A DNA stretch of 64,000 bases from Antechinus flavipes (Eukaryota). Made by a program: the position numbers and the translations under genes. Below, piece after piece: positions 22,913 through 34,359 of the stretch (position 1 is its first letter; every line of letters begins with the position of its first letter). The stretch spans positions 619,380,001 through 619,444,000 of the forward strand of contig NC_067400.1 of the NCBI RefSeq assembly GCF_016432865.1, given 5' to 3'. The notes below the pieces were generated by a model. That model did no database searches and was not told the DNA's origin. It saw only the letters and a program-made list of their open reading frames with translations.

Positions 22913-23095
22913 TTTTTTAATTATTATAGCGTTTTATTGACAAAACACATGCACGGGTAATTTTTCAGCATTGACCTTTGCAAAACCTTCTGTTCCAACT
23001 TTTCCCCTCCTCCCCTCCCCCCTCCAGATGGCAAGCGGTCCCATCCATGTTAAATATGTTAAAGTATATGTTAAATTATATATATATATATATCT
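22913..23095 (-). mobile_element. LINE-1 3' end fragment
   Basis: Homologous to 4133-4290 (ccagatggca...catgttaaatatgttaaagt). Confidence 0.7.
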
Positions 23096-24917
23096 TTTAG
23101 CTGGAACTTGCAGGAAGCAGACGTGAGGAGAGCAGAGGACCAGCCAGGAAGCCAGGGCCTCTCAACCGAAGGAAACAGAGATGAGGAGGCTCAGAAGAGA
23201 AAGCAGAGTGGAGGGGGAGGACAGGGAATGAGGACTTAAGAGTCTTCCAGCTTCACAGCTTTATGGGATCCATTTAGAGCTAGTTTGTTTAGAAACCTCA
23301 CTTTACAGATAAGGAAACTGAGGCTCAGAGGGAGGATCGATCACATGGAGAGGGCCATGGGATCCTAGAGCTACAGCTGGAAGGGACCTTCAAGGCCATC
23401 TAGTCATATTTGCTCACTTACAGATGAGGAAACTGAGACAGGGGGAAGTGGTTTGTCTGGTCAGTTCAGATGGCAAGCAGAAGATTTGAACCCAGGACCA
23501 CTGACAACAAATTTACCCTTTCCCACTGTCTCCTGGTAGTACATGCATTACTATCCCTATTTTACCGAGGAAACCAGCTCAGCAAGGGACGGAAAAATAA
23601 TTGTTCAAGATTAAGCACAGCTTGTGAAATTTGGAGGCAGGAAAGGTGCCCTAGGATCCAGAGCAGCCAAATCTGGACCAAACTTCCTTCCATCCGAGTT
23701 GGAAGAGACCTTAGGGGCCATTTAGGCCGATCCCTTTATTTTACAGAAGAAACCGTTACTGAAAAAAGGCGTCAGGGAACTTGCCCAAGACGGGGACTCG
23801 GGGCTCTGAGCTCTTGTAAGATCCCGTCTCTCCCGGGACGGCCCCAGGAGCACTGGGATCTAGGTGCTTCAGGCCACTCGGGCCTAGGTCCTTGACAGGG
23901 TTGGCCAGAAGCAGGGCTCCCAGTCTCAGGCAGGCAGGGCTCCAGCCCGCAGGAAGCATTAGTGCTTCAGGCAACTGAAGGGAGTGAGCTGGGGGAGGGA
24001 GAAGGTGGGGGAAGGCCCGGCTTGTTTTCCGGCCAGTTCGCCTGCCCTGGTTCCCAGGAGTCTTTCTCCCCAGTCACGTCTCTGATGCTCTCTGGAGAAG
24101 GGGGGCTTGCTGGGGGCTGGGATGTGTGTGGCAGGATGGGCCAGGAAACCCCCGCCCGTGACAGAGGTGGGGGATCCTTCTCACACTCAGGGCCTCGCTC
24201 AAGCGCATTCACACCTGGGACTCCCTGCGGGGATGCGACTCCACACTCTCACTATTAGAATCCAAGGGCAGATTATTAGAGTAATGGGCAATGTGGCAGC
24301 AGCCAAGGGCGAACTTGCCTTGGGATCGGATTTGAGCCCTGTGTTCCATACACGTCTCAAACCTGAGCAGGTTTCCGGAGCTGTTTTGCCTCCATGGAAG
24401 AGCCCCCCACACAAGGAGAGCTCTGCCCCCAGAGAGCATCATTTTGAACACAATCTGAGCTCACCCGGGTAGGAACTCCCAGTATGGGAAAGCTGTCTGC
24501 CCGAAGTGATTTGCACCATTCTTCAGGAGAGAATTACCCGAGGCCGTTTGTCCAGGGTCGCCCAGTACTGCTCACCCTGTGAGCCAATGAGTTGTTGTGA
24601 TGGATTCCACCCTGACTTAGCTCAGACACTGCCTCAGATCCTTCCCCTCATGGCGCTTCAGTCATCTCCAGGGTGTCCGCTCCCTCCCACCCCATTGGGA
24701 GTTTCTTGGGCAGAGGCTGACGTGGTCCGTCCTTCCTTTTTCCAGCTTATTTTGCAGATGAAACTAAGACAGTTAAATGACTTTCCCATCACACGGCTAC
24801 TAAGCCTCTGAAACCAGATCTGAATCCAGGTCCTCCCGACAGAGCTACCCACACGGCAGCTAGCTGCCCCATTAAGCAAACTCTCCTTTACTGACAGCCA
24901 GGATGGACCCGAGGGAC

Positions 24918-25048
24918 GCAAGGCCGGAGCTTTCTAAGCCTGAGGCCGGAGCTTTCCAAGTCCAAGTCCAAGGCCGGAGCTTTCTAAGCCTGAGGCTGGA
25001 GCTTTCCAAATCCAAGTCCAAGGCCAGAGCTTTCTAAGCCCGAGGCCA
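24918..25048 (+). repeat. Short tandem duplication (aaggccggagctttctaagcctgaggc...) x2.5
   Basis: Direct repeats with a period of about 51 nt. Confidence 0.75.
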
Positions 25049-25351
25049 GTCTTCTGTGCAAGGTACAGAGGCAGCCTCTGTACGTGGGACACAGTCATGC
25101 TCTGGCGTAGTAACGAGGTAGATGTCAGTAGATGCATTGTTTCCTCTACTGAGTATTTCCTCACATGCCTTCACCCTAAGTATTCCTTCTAAGGCCTTTT
25201 TAGCAGAACCCCCGCTCCGTTTTCAGCCAGCTGGGATGTGCCTGGGAATAAGAGACTCCGGCCCCTGAGGATCAGCCTCTACGAGCTTCCGGAGGCTCAT
25301 TACCAGATTTGCCACAGCGTGAAAATCATCCCGTGAAATGGAGGGGGTTGG

Positions 25352-25505
25352 GGGCAGCCAGGGGATGCAGTGGATGGAGCACCAGCTGTGGAAATCAGGA
25401 GGACCTGGGTTCAAATCTGACCTCAGACACTTAACACTTCCTGACTGTGACCCTGGGCAAGTCACTTAACCCCAACTGCCTCCACAAAAAATAAAATAAA
25501 ATAGA
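25352..25505 (+). mobile_element. WSINE1-like SINE
   Basis: ggggcagccagggg...gttcaaatctgacctcagacacttaacacttcctgactgtgaccctgggcaagtcacttaacccc plus A tail. Confidence 0.85.
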
Positions 25506-27168
25506 GGGGGTTACCATCTGTACTGGTGGAGACAGTCCCTACCGGGGTGGAATCACATCTCAAGGTAGTAAGGGACATCTATTATTACTATTTTTCAATA
25601 ATTCAATTCACTCCACTTCAGTTCAACTGTTTTTAAGTCCTTATTATGCATCAAGAATACAGGATGTATAAGAGGAGCCAAATCAGTTGCTTGAGAGGGA
25701 GTATATAAAATAACCCTGGAAAGACAGACTAGATTATGAAATACTTTAAAAGCCCCAATAGAGGAGTTTGGATCTTATTTCAGAGGGAGCTGGGAGCCAC
25801 AGCAGTTTCTTGAGCCAGGGGAGCAACACTCAAGATCTAGTTACTGAGGAAGTTTTGATGAAGATAGGATAGTAGGTTTTCCTTTTCCCACCCACCTCCC
25901 ACCTCCATTCAGTAAATACCAGCAGCTCCCTATTACTTCTGGGATCAAATAGAAAATCTCTGTTGGGCTTTTGGAGCCTTTCCTGTGCTGGGCCCTTCTA
26001 CCTCTCCGGTCTTTGGCCCCTCTTTGTGCCGCGTGCTGTAGAATAGAGAACCCAACAGCCCATCTCTCCTCCCCTCGGCACTGGTGGCCCCCGGGCCTGG
26101 GAGGCTCTGGGAACTAGCTCTTAGTTTCTCTGGACTCCTTCGCTCTCAGCTTGGAGCCCAGCCCCTCAAGAACACATCTCCCTGCTTTCCCTCCCCCTCC
26201 CTCCTTCTCTCCCTTCCATCCCTTTCCTTCCTTCCTCCCTTCTTTCCTTCCTGCCTTCCTTCCTCCCTCCTTAACCTCCCCCTCTCTCCCCTCTCCCTCC
26301 TTCTCTCCCTCTCTTCCCTTCCTTCCTTCCTCCCTCCTTCCTTCCCCCTCCCTCTCCTCTCCCTCCTCCTCTCCCTCCCATCTCTTTCCTTCCTTACTCC
26401 CTTCTTTCCATCCCTCCTTCCTTCCTTCTCTCCTACCCTCCTCCCTCCCTTGTGCTTACATCCCATGTTCTAAGTCCCTGCTCCCTCCCTCCCTCCCACC
26501 CTATCCTCCTTCCCGCCCTCCCTCCCTCCCTTTCTTCCTTTCAGAGGGACACAGACAGAAAAAGAGACTGACAGAAAAAAACCACACAGAGAAAGAGACA
26601 GATGAAGAGGGAGAAAGGGAGGGAGGGAGAGAGATGGAGAGATAGAGAAACACACAGACAGAGGCAGAGGCAGAGACCCGGGAGAGCGAATCCCTCTTGT
26701 CCAGAGCGCTAGAGAAGCCAGACGGTGGGTGCTGAGAAGCGACACTGAGGACAGGAAGGTTTTTCTCGAGGGTGGCTGGTTCCCAGGTGACGGTGGGGGA
26801 GCGGTGCGTGCCGGGAAGGGTGCTTTGTTTTGAAAGGATGGGGGGAGTTTGTTGTGGGGAGGGGATGAGGAGGTGATTCCACAGCGGCTCCCAGCACCTC
26901 CCCCTCCCCTCTGCCCTAGGACCACCCTCATGGGCTCACTCCAGAGAAAGTCCCTCTCCCCTTCTCCAGAGAGTCTTCCCATTTTCTTCTCTGCTCCCCT
27001 CGGCTCCCCTCACCCCCGGAGGACGTCTCAGATCCCCTGCCTCACTGGGTGCCCAGATCGTTCCCCAAGCCTCCACTTTCCCATCTACAAAATGGAGCCA
27101 ACAATGGCCCTACATACATCTCAGAACTATGTGAGGCGCTCATGAGGTCATGGCCGGGATAACTCCAC

Positions 27169-27181
27169 GGAAATGGAAACC
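27169..27181 (+). promoter_or_regulatory. ISRE-like element
   Basis: GGAAATGGAAACC fits GAAANNGAAA; 1.4 kb upstream of the second IRG ATG. Confidence 0.4.
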
Positions 27182-28083
27182 CTTATTACTGTCATTGCTT
27201 TGGTGGGAAGGATGCTGATAAGGAGAGGAAAGACTTTTGGCCTCAGGGTCCAGGGTGACCCAAGGAGGAATGACCTTGGGTAAATCACTGGTCTCAAAGC
27301 CTTAATGTCTTCATCTGTAAGATGGGACGACAGCGTCCACATTACAGCACTAGTAGGAAGATCACTGGGATTATTTTGTAACCTTGAAAGCAAAGCTCCA
27401 GGCTGGAGACTCCCTGCTGGCAGGTCTGGGTTTTCCGACCCAATTCAATGCAAGGAGCGGTGGTTAGTATGGCGTGGGGGCCTTTGGGGGGGGCTCAGCA
27501 GCCTGACGGGGCTCCCAGGAGGTGAGTGACAGAACTCGGCTGGGGGGGGACAGGTAGGGATGAGGAGGGGATGTGTGCAGTTTGTTACAGAGCCAAGTGG
27601 GCTGAAGAGAGCGAGCCAGGGAAAAATACCCTTCAGGGTGAGGAGGGAGCGGCCGCCCAGCCCGGAGTGTGGCCTCCCTCGGGTTCCCACCCTCTCCCCG
27701 ACTTGGGACCTTGCAGGGCCGGGGAATGAATGGATGAGAATGTGTTTATGGCCTCGTTCGGGGCCCGGGCGCCCGGCACAGTGTGGGAGTGCTGGTCAGA
27801 TAAGGGGCCTGGCCCAGGGAAGGACTCGGTGCCGGTGGGGGGGGTCCCCCTAGGTCAGAGTGGACGTAAGGCCCAGGGTGAGAACGTGGAGCCCCAGAGT
27901 CCGCCCTAGGCGGGTTAGAGGTCCTGCACCACTCAGGCGCACATTAGGACAGGAAACCATGAGTCAGGATTTAGAAGCCGGAGATTGGAGGTTGTCCCAG
28001 TCTATCGTGTTAGAGCTGCAAAGGACAGAGGATGGGGAATGTTGAGTTGGAGGGGCCTTAGAATAATGTCAGATTGGGGGGAC

Positions 28084-28390
28084 CTAGAATATGGAATATC
28101 AGAGTGGGGAGGGGAAACCTAGAACATGGGATGTAGATCTAAGTGGGAATCTAGAACATATGATATAGGCTCAAGAGGGAACCTAGAACATGGGGTGCAG
28201 ACCAATACGGGGATCTTGAACATGGGATGTGGACCTGAGCAGGGACTTAGAACATGGGATGTAAGCACAAGGGGAATCTAGAAGAGATGAGTGGAGATGG
28301 GACTTAGAACATGGGGTATAGACCTGAGCAGGGACTTAGAACATGGGGTATAAGCGTAAGGGAACTGCACAAGGGGAACCTGGAACACGG
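28084..28390 (+). repeat. Degenerate 32-nt tandem repeat (ctagaacatggg core), about 9 copies
   Basis: AGAACA cores at 28121, 28153, 28185, 28249, 28306 and 28338. Confidence 0.75.
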
Positions 28391-28550
28391 GGTCGGAGCG
28401 GGCCCTCGCTGGGCCTCTGCCCGCTGCAGACCCGGAGGGGGGAGGAGGCTTTCCGGGAGCCCCTCCCAGCAGGGAGGCGCTGACGGCCGCCCCCTCCTTG
28501 CCCCGAAGGTCACCATCCTCCCCACGTTGACACCTCCATCTTTCCCCTCG

Positions 28551-31500
28551 ATGGCTGCCCCGAAGACCCAGGAGTCTAAGACCACCCTGACTCTGAGCCC
28601 GGAGAAGATGGCGTCCATCGGAGAGGTCTTCCAGGGAGACAGCCTGTCCGCCACCTCCACCAAGCTGCGCTCCACCCTCCAGTCCCTGGAGAACGTGCGG
28701 CTGGACATCGCCGTCACGGGCGGGGCGGGCTCGGGCAGGTCCACCTTCGTCAACTCGCTGCGGGGCCTGGGCGACGAGGACCAGGGCTCGGCGCAGACCG
28801 GGCTGGCCGAGACCACGTCGGCCCCGACGCCGTACCCGCACCCCAAGTACCCCAACGTCATCGTCTGGGAGCTGCCCGACTTGGGGACGTCCTCCCTGCC
28901 AGCCGAGCAGTACCTGGAGAAGGTCCTGATGGGCCGCTACGATCTCTTCATCCTGCTCAGCGCGGAGCGCTTCAGCCCCGGCCACGCGCGGCTCGCGCGC
29001 GCCCTCCAGGCCCGGGACAAGCCCTGCTACCTGGTCCGCTCCAAGGTGGACGTGGACGTGGCCGCCTCCCGCCAGCGCCGACCCAGCACCTTCTCTGAGG
29101 AAGGCGTGCTCATGGACATCCGGGAAAACTGCCGTTCCTACCTGCAAGGTGAGGCCCGGGGGCGCGGGGAGGAACGTGAGGGCCGGGGACGCGGGGAGCG
29201 ATGTAGGGGGGGGAGGCGCGTGAGGGGCCGGAGACGTGGGGAGGAACGTGAGAATCCGGGGGGCGCGTGAGGGGCCGGAGACGTGGGGAGGAACGTGAGA
29301 ATCCGGGGGCGCGTGAGGGGCCGGAGACGTGGGGAGGAAAGTGAGGGCCGGGGACGCGGGGAGGAAAGTGAGAGCCCGGGGGCGCGTGAGGGGCCGGAGA
29401 CGTGGGGAGGAAAGTGAGAGCCCGGGGGCGCGTGAGGGGCCGGGGCCGCGGGGAGGAACGTGAGGGCCCGAGGGCGCGGGGAGCGATGTAGGGGGCGGAG
29501 GCGCGTGAGGGGCCAGAGACTCGGGGAGGAAAGTGAGGGCCGGGGACGCGGGAAGGAAAGTGAGAGCCCGGGGGCGCGTGAGGACCCGGGAACACTTGAG
29601 AGGCCCGGGAGCCGGAGAGCGACGTGAGGGCCCCAAGATCATGATCCCAAAGCTGGGAGGGGCAGCTCCCCAACCTTTGCCTTCCGTGGTCACTCATAGA
29701 GCCAGGGGAGCCCACAAGCACTCAGGACTGAGGCGGACCCGGTAGAAACCTCCCTGCAGATTCAGTGACAGATGGGCATGTAACCCGCACCTGGAACCTC
29801 TAGAGACAGGGAACTCACTACCTTCATATCCTAATATCAAATGGGTCCCCAAAGGGTCTGAACAGGAAGTCCTGCAACCTCAGTGACAAACGCTCAGCTT
29901 TAAGGTCTCGGAGTCTCCCCAGGAAGGATGTGGGTATCCTCAGTGTCCCAGAATAGGAAATCTCAAACCTGGAGCTCCCCAGGGGGCTATTAGCTTGGTT
30001 CATACATGAACAGCACTTCTCCCTGCCCTCAGCTTAGGCAGGTCATTCTTTTTCTCTGGAACTCAATTTCCTCATCTGGAAAAAAAGGACATTGAACTAA
30101 AAAGCCCCAAAGGGACCCCCGATGGAAACCTTTACTCCTGTACTCCCAGAAAAACAAATGATGATCTAGCCTCTGCTTGAAGACTCACGGTGATAGGGAG
30201 CTCACTACTTGCACTCACTCACTTACTTTTTTTCTCTTTTTGCTGGGGCAATTGGGGTTAAGTGACTTGCCCAGGGTCACAGAGCTGGGAAGTGTTAAGT
30301 GTCTGATATTTGAACTCGGCTCCCCTTGACTTCAGGGCTGGTGCTCTATCCACTGAGTCATCTAGCTTTCCTGAAGGGAGCCCCTTTCACTTTTGAAGAT
30401 CTCGACAGGATACATCTCTGTGTTGAGTCCACTCTTTATGTCTTCCATTCACTGACTCAGCTACAGGTGAGGGAAAGGAAAAAAAGTCTTCAAAGGATCA
30501 TGGGTTCATCCCTTTGAAGCTGGAAGGGACTGGTCTCCTCATTGTACAGATAGAGAAACAGGTCTCCACAGGGCAAGAGATCTCATTTCTTGAGATCTTA
30601 CGTAAAACAGCCAACATTGACATGCTGCTTAAAGCAAGACTCACAACACGTTTTAGAAATATTTGGGGACAGCTAGGTGGTGCAGTGGGTAGAGCACCAG
30701 CCCCGGAGTCAGGAGCACCTGAGTTCAAATCTGGTCCCAAGCACTTAGCACGTCCTAGCTGTGTGACCCTGGGCAAGTCACTTAACTCCAATTGCCTCAG
30801 GAAAAAAAATCATTTTATTCATATGCCAACCCTGGGACGAAGGTGCTGCTATTATTCCCATCTTGGAGATGGGCCGGGAGTGGGAAATTTTCCAGGGCGC
30901 TCTGATTAGTCGAAAATGCTTCCTTGTACCACTAGGAAGTGGCCTGGGTTTGCGCATTGTGTCTCCCACGGAGGGGTATGTGTTCCACGAGCCCCCACAG
31001 GTGTGTTTACTTTGTAAAAGCAGCCGGCGAGGCCACGGGTCCAAAGCAAAGTCATTTGATGAGGTCACATGGTAAGGAAAGTCCCCACGGACCCGGATCA
31101 GGCTCCCACAAGTTGCATCCGCAGTCGGGGGAGGGGGAGGGAGAAGATGCACTTGTGAAGGGGCACACGCAGACAATACGAGTGTGGCCGAGACCCGCTC
31201 TTCCCAGGGCACCAATATGTGCTCCTGTAGCTAGGCAACACATGGAGCAGGGTACCAGTGACAAGATGCTTTGCTCGCTAGCGGCCTCTTGTGGCCGACC
31301 TGTGGCCAGCACCGGCTGCTCGGGGGCAGGTAGGGCCACGGGAATTGTGGGAGTTTCTCTCACTTGCCAATTTCTGGCCTCAGTTGGAATCCTTAGTTGG
31401 GGGAGAACTTTTTTTTCTTCCTGGGAAAAAAGTTGACAATTGTCCTGCTGCAGTTTACTAGAAAGTAGATGTCCTGGGTGACCCTGGGAAAGTCACAACC

Positions 31501-33779
31501 CCAGTTGCCTCAGCCAAAAAAAGAAAAAAAAATAATAGATGTCCTTGCGTAAGACTTGCATAACCTCTTCTTGAGAAAAGCCCTTCCCATTTCTCAGAAT
31601 CTTCTGAGATCCTTCAGATGTGGTCACGTCATCCGGGATACAGAAATGGGTCCGTCGCAGCCAGCTTTCTGTCCTCAGCTTTCTTTCTGGTGGTGTTTTT
31701 TTACTTAGTGATCGCTGAGTCCCGTATCTCTGTTCCTTCATGTTTCGGGTCAGCAAATCCCGCACTAAGCTGTATTTCAGCCAACGATTGCTATAGAAGC
31801 TGCCCCCCACTTGCCAAGGCTTTGTACCCTTTACGTTTAAGTGCCCCGGAAAAAGCCCCTTCTCCCTGCCTTAGTTGCAGCTCTGATCAGAAGCCTTGAC
31901 AGGAAGGGGCAATAATTTGGAAAAAGCCCCCTTCACTCCACCTTAGGTACAGCTCTGATCAGAAGCCTTGACAGGAAGGGGCAATAATTTGGAAAAAGCC
32001 CCCTTCACTCCACCTTAGGTACAGCTCTGATCAGAAGCCTTGACAGGAAGGGGAAACAACAACTTGCTAAAGAGCGCTGGTTTTTTATTTTTATTTTTTA
32101 TTGTCTGGAAGTGGTTCAGACCTGGGATTTCATCAGCGCAGGGGCTTCCTGTGTAGAAACTTCCTCTGGAGAGACCAGTGGTTAGCTCCCCCTTCATGCT
32201 CAGCCTTAGGGGGTTTCACGGGGCAGGTGGGAGCGGGAGAGCGGGTTCTGTTCTGTGCACGTCTTCAATTATGGACAAGGTGCTCTCGGAACACGGCAGG
32301 TGGGATGGAGGCCCAGCTTTCAGGGCGTTCTCAGCCCTCCGGAGACAGCTCCACTGGGCAGAGGTTTGTGGGCCGTCCGGGACGAGGAAGCACTCAGTTA
32401 CCGAGGGCACGGGGCTGAATTTGAACTCGGGACCCTAGCTTACAGAGTGGAGCGATGGTTCTGTCTGCACCTGAGGCAGAACGGGGAGCCGAAGGGCGGA
32501 GAGGTGGATTTCAGCTTCATGCTGGGGGGGAGGAGGCCGGATTCCAAGTTGGAGGTCCTGGGTTCTAGTCCTGCTCCACCACGTGACTAAATCACACACG
32601 TTCTGCTGGTCAGTTTCCTTCTCAGCCACAGGAGGGGGTCGTTGCCTCGGAGTGTTTTCCACTTTTAGATCCAGGATCCTGATAATAGCTCTCCAGATGT
32701 AGATGTCTGGTCAGGGGGTGAGTTCCCCACCGTGGGAGGTATCCAAGCCAGGTGATCGCTCCTTTCCGATTCTGGGTTTGTGCACAGTCAGGGGCCTCCC
32801 AATCCCTCCTGCTCCAGGATTTAGTGATTCAGAGAAGGAAAGCAGGTAGTGAGTGTCCCGTCTTGGGAGGTGGATGGAGGCCCCACTCAGGAATGGGTTA
32901 CCTTGGATACCTCCCCTCCCCGAAGTTCCCGCCGGGACTCTGATTCTGTCCCCCAGAATTTGAGGACTCCTGACTCTCAAATCGGGGTGCGGTGAGAGAG
33001 CAGCCCCCGGCCCAGAGCATCCTGGGAGGCCCCCCAGGACGGGGAGGGGGGGGCTTTGCCCGAGCTCCGGCCGAGGGGCCCCCGGGCTGAGCCTCCAGGA
33101 GGCGGCCGGGGGCGCCCAGGAGCCGGGGCCCGGGCAGACGCGGGGACCCTTGTCTTCCTCAGCGGAGGGGGTCACCAAGCCCAAGGTCTTCCTGCTGTCC
33201 ACGTTCGAGCTGGACAAGTTCGACTTCCAGCTGCTCAGCGAGGTCATAGTGAGGGACCTGGAGAGCTCCAAGCGCCACGCCTTCCTGCTGGCCCTGCCCA
33301 ACGTGTCCAACGCCGTCCTGGAGAAGAAGGCGGGCTCCATGCTCCAGCACATCTGGCTCGTGGCCACCGTGGCCTGCACCGTGAACCCGCTGCCGGTGCC
33401 CGGGGTGCCCGAGGTGGCCTGCGACCTGGGGCTGCTGGTGCGGGCCCTGTCCGGCTACCGCCGCGGCCTGGGGCTGGAGGCGGGCGGCCTGCAGCGGCTG
33501 GCCCAGCGCACGGGCGGCTCCCTGCAGGCCATGCAGAGCCGGGTGTGCGGGCCGCTGTGCGAGGCCAGCCCGCGGCAGGTGATCGACTTCCTGGGCCGCG
33601 CCTGCGGGAGCACCACGGCCACCTTCGCGCAGGAGCTGGCATCCCTGCCCGTGCTGGGCGTGCTGTCGTCCTGCAGCTTCTCCTTCGCCACCGTGTACCA
33701 GATGCTCCGCGCCTACCTGGACAAGGCCACGGCGGAGGCCAAGAAAACCCTGAGCCAGGCCTTGCCCACGGGCCAGTGA
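28551..33779 (+). CDS. Second, divergent immunity-related GTPase (IRG/p47 family), two coding exons, 404 aa, non-canonical G1 and G3
   Basis: Exon A 28551-29148 (CAA G|GTGAGG) joins exon B 33163-33779 (ttcctcAG|CG) in phase 1; 1215 nt open. IRG hallmarks: LENVRLDIAVTG, TPYPHPKYPNV, RYDLFILLS, RSKVD, PKVFLLS, FLLALPN..LEKK, PLPVPG, SFATVYQML. Confidence 0.9.
29149..29625 (+). repeat. GC-rich minisatellite (gtgagggccggggacgcggggaggaa-type units) starting at the IRG2 donor site
   Basis: Tandem units visible; accounts for the repetitive antisense ORFs. Confidence 0.85.
30225..30372 (-). mobile_element. WSINE1-like SINE
   Basis: Reverse complement of the SINE consensus (ggggttaagtgacttgcccagggtcacagagctggg...tttgaactc). 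Confidence 0.8.
30665..30810 (+). mobile_element. WSINE1-like SINE, near full length
   Basis: ggggacagctaggtggtgcagtgggtagagcaccagccccggagtcaggagcacctgagttcaaatc...gcctcaggaaaaaaaa. Confidence 0.88.
31076..31086 (-). promoter_or_regulatory. Canonical NF-kB site in the IRG2 intron
   Basis: GGAAAGTCCCC = GGGGACTTTCC on the minus strand (Ig-kappa/HIV kB sequence). Confidence 0.5.
31878..32052 (+). repeat. 72-nt direct tandem duplication x2.4
   Basis: cagctctgatcagaagccttgacagg at 31878, 31950 and 32022. Confidence 0.9.
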
Positions 33780-34359
33780 GCCGGGCGGCGGCCGGGAACC
33801 CCCCGCCCTGCGGCCAAGTGGGAGTGGGCCGGGCGGGTCGGGAGGACCAAGAAACTCTCACCTCCAGAAAGCCGCTGTGTGGTTCTTTGTGTCCTGGCGC
33901 CCGGCGGCTGCCCCGGCCAGCAAACATTCATCCCCGGCTGCGGACGGGACCTTGGGCAACAGCGCTCGGAGGGCCCCGAGCCCGGGGGGAGACAGTAACC
34001 CGGCTTCTCTTTCTGAGCAAGCTTTCCCCGGGCCGGGGGCTCCCTGCCTCCCTTACACGGTCTCAGGGGCACGTGGAGCTCGGGGGCCGGGAACAAGGCT
34101 CGAATCCTGGGCCTTCCTGCCCCGGGGACTGTCCCCCGCCCCAGGGTCTCCCGGGGAGACATCGCTCTGTTGTTCTTGGCTGCCAAAGGCCGGGGCCCAC
34201 GCTCTCTCCTTCAGTCGTCTCCACCCTGGGGTTCGCCCTCGTAGAGCAAGGGGTCCCAAGAGGGAGTGGGAGCCCAACCCTTCCCTGAGTGAGCCCTCCT
34301 GGCAAAGCATCATTGCACCCCTGCTTGGGACCTCCCACGGGGGCACTCACCGGCTTTAG

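Noticed and set aside
28278-29721. 471-aa and 203-aa antisense ORFs
   Set aside because: Shadow of the GC-rich IRG2 exon plus the VNTR.
33056-34288. 410-aa plus-strand ORF
   Set aside because: Alternative frame of the GC-rich IRG2 exon B; no family motifs.
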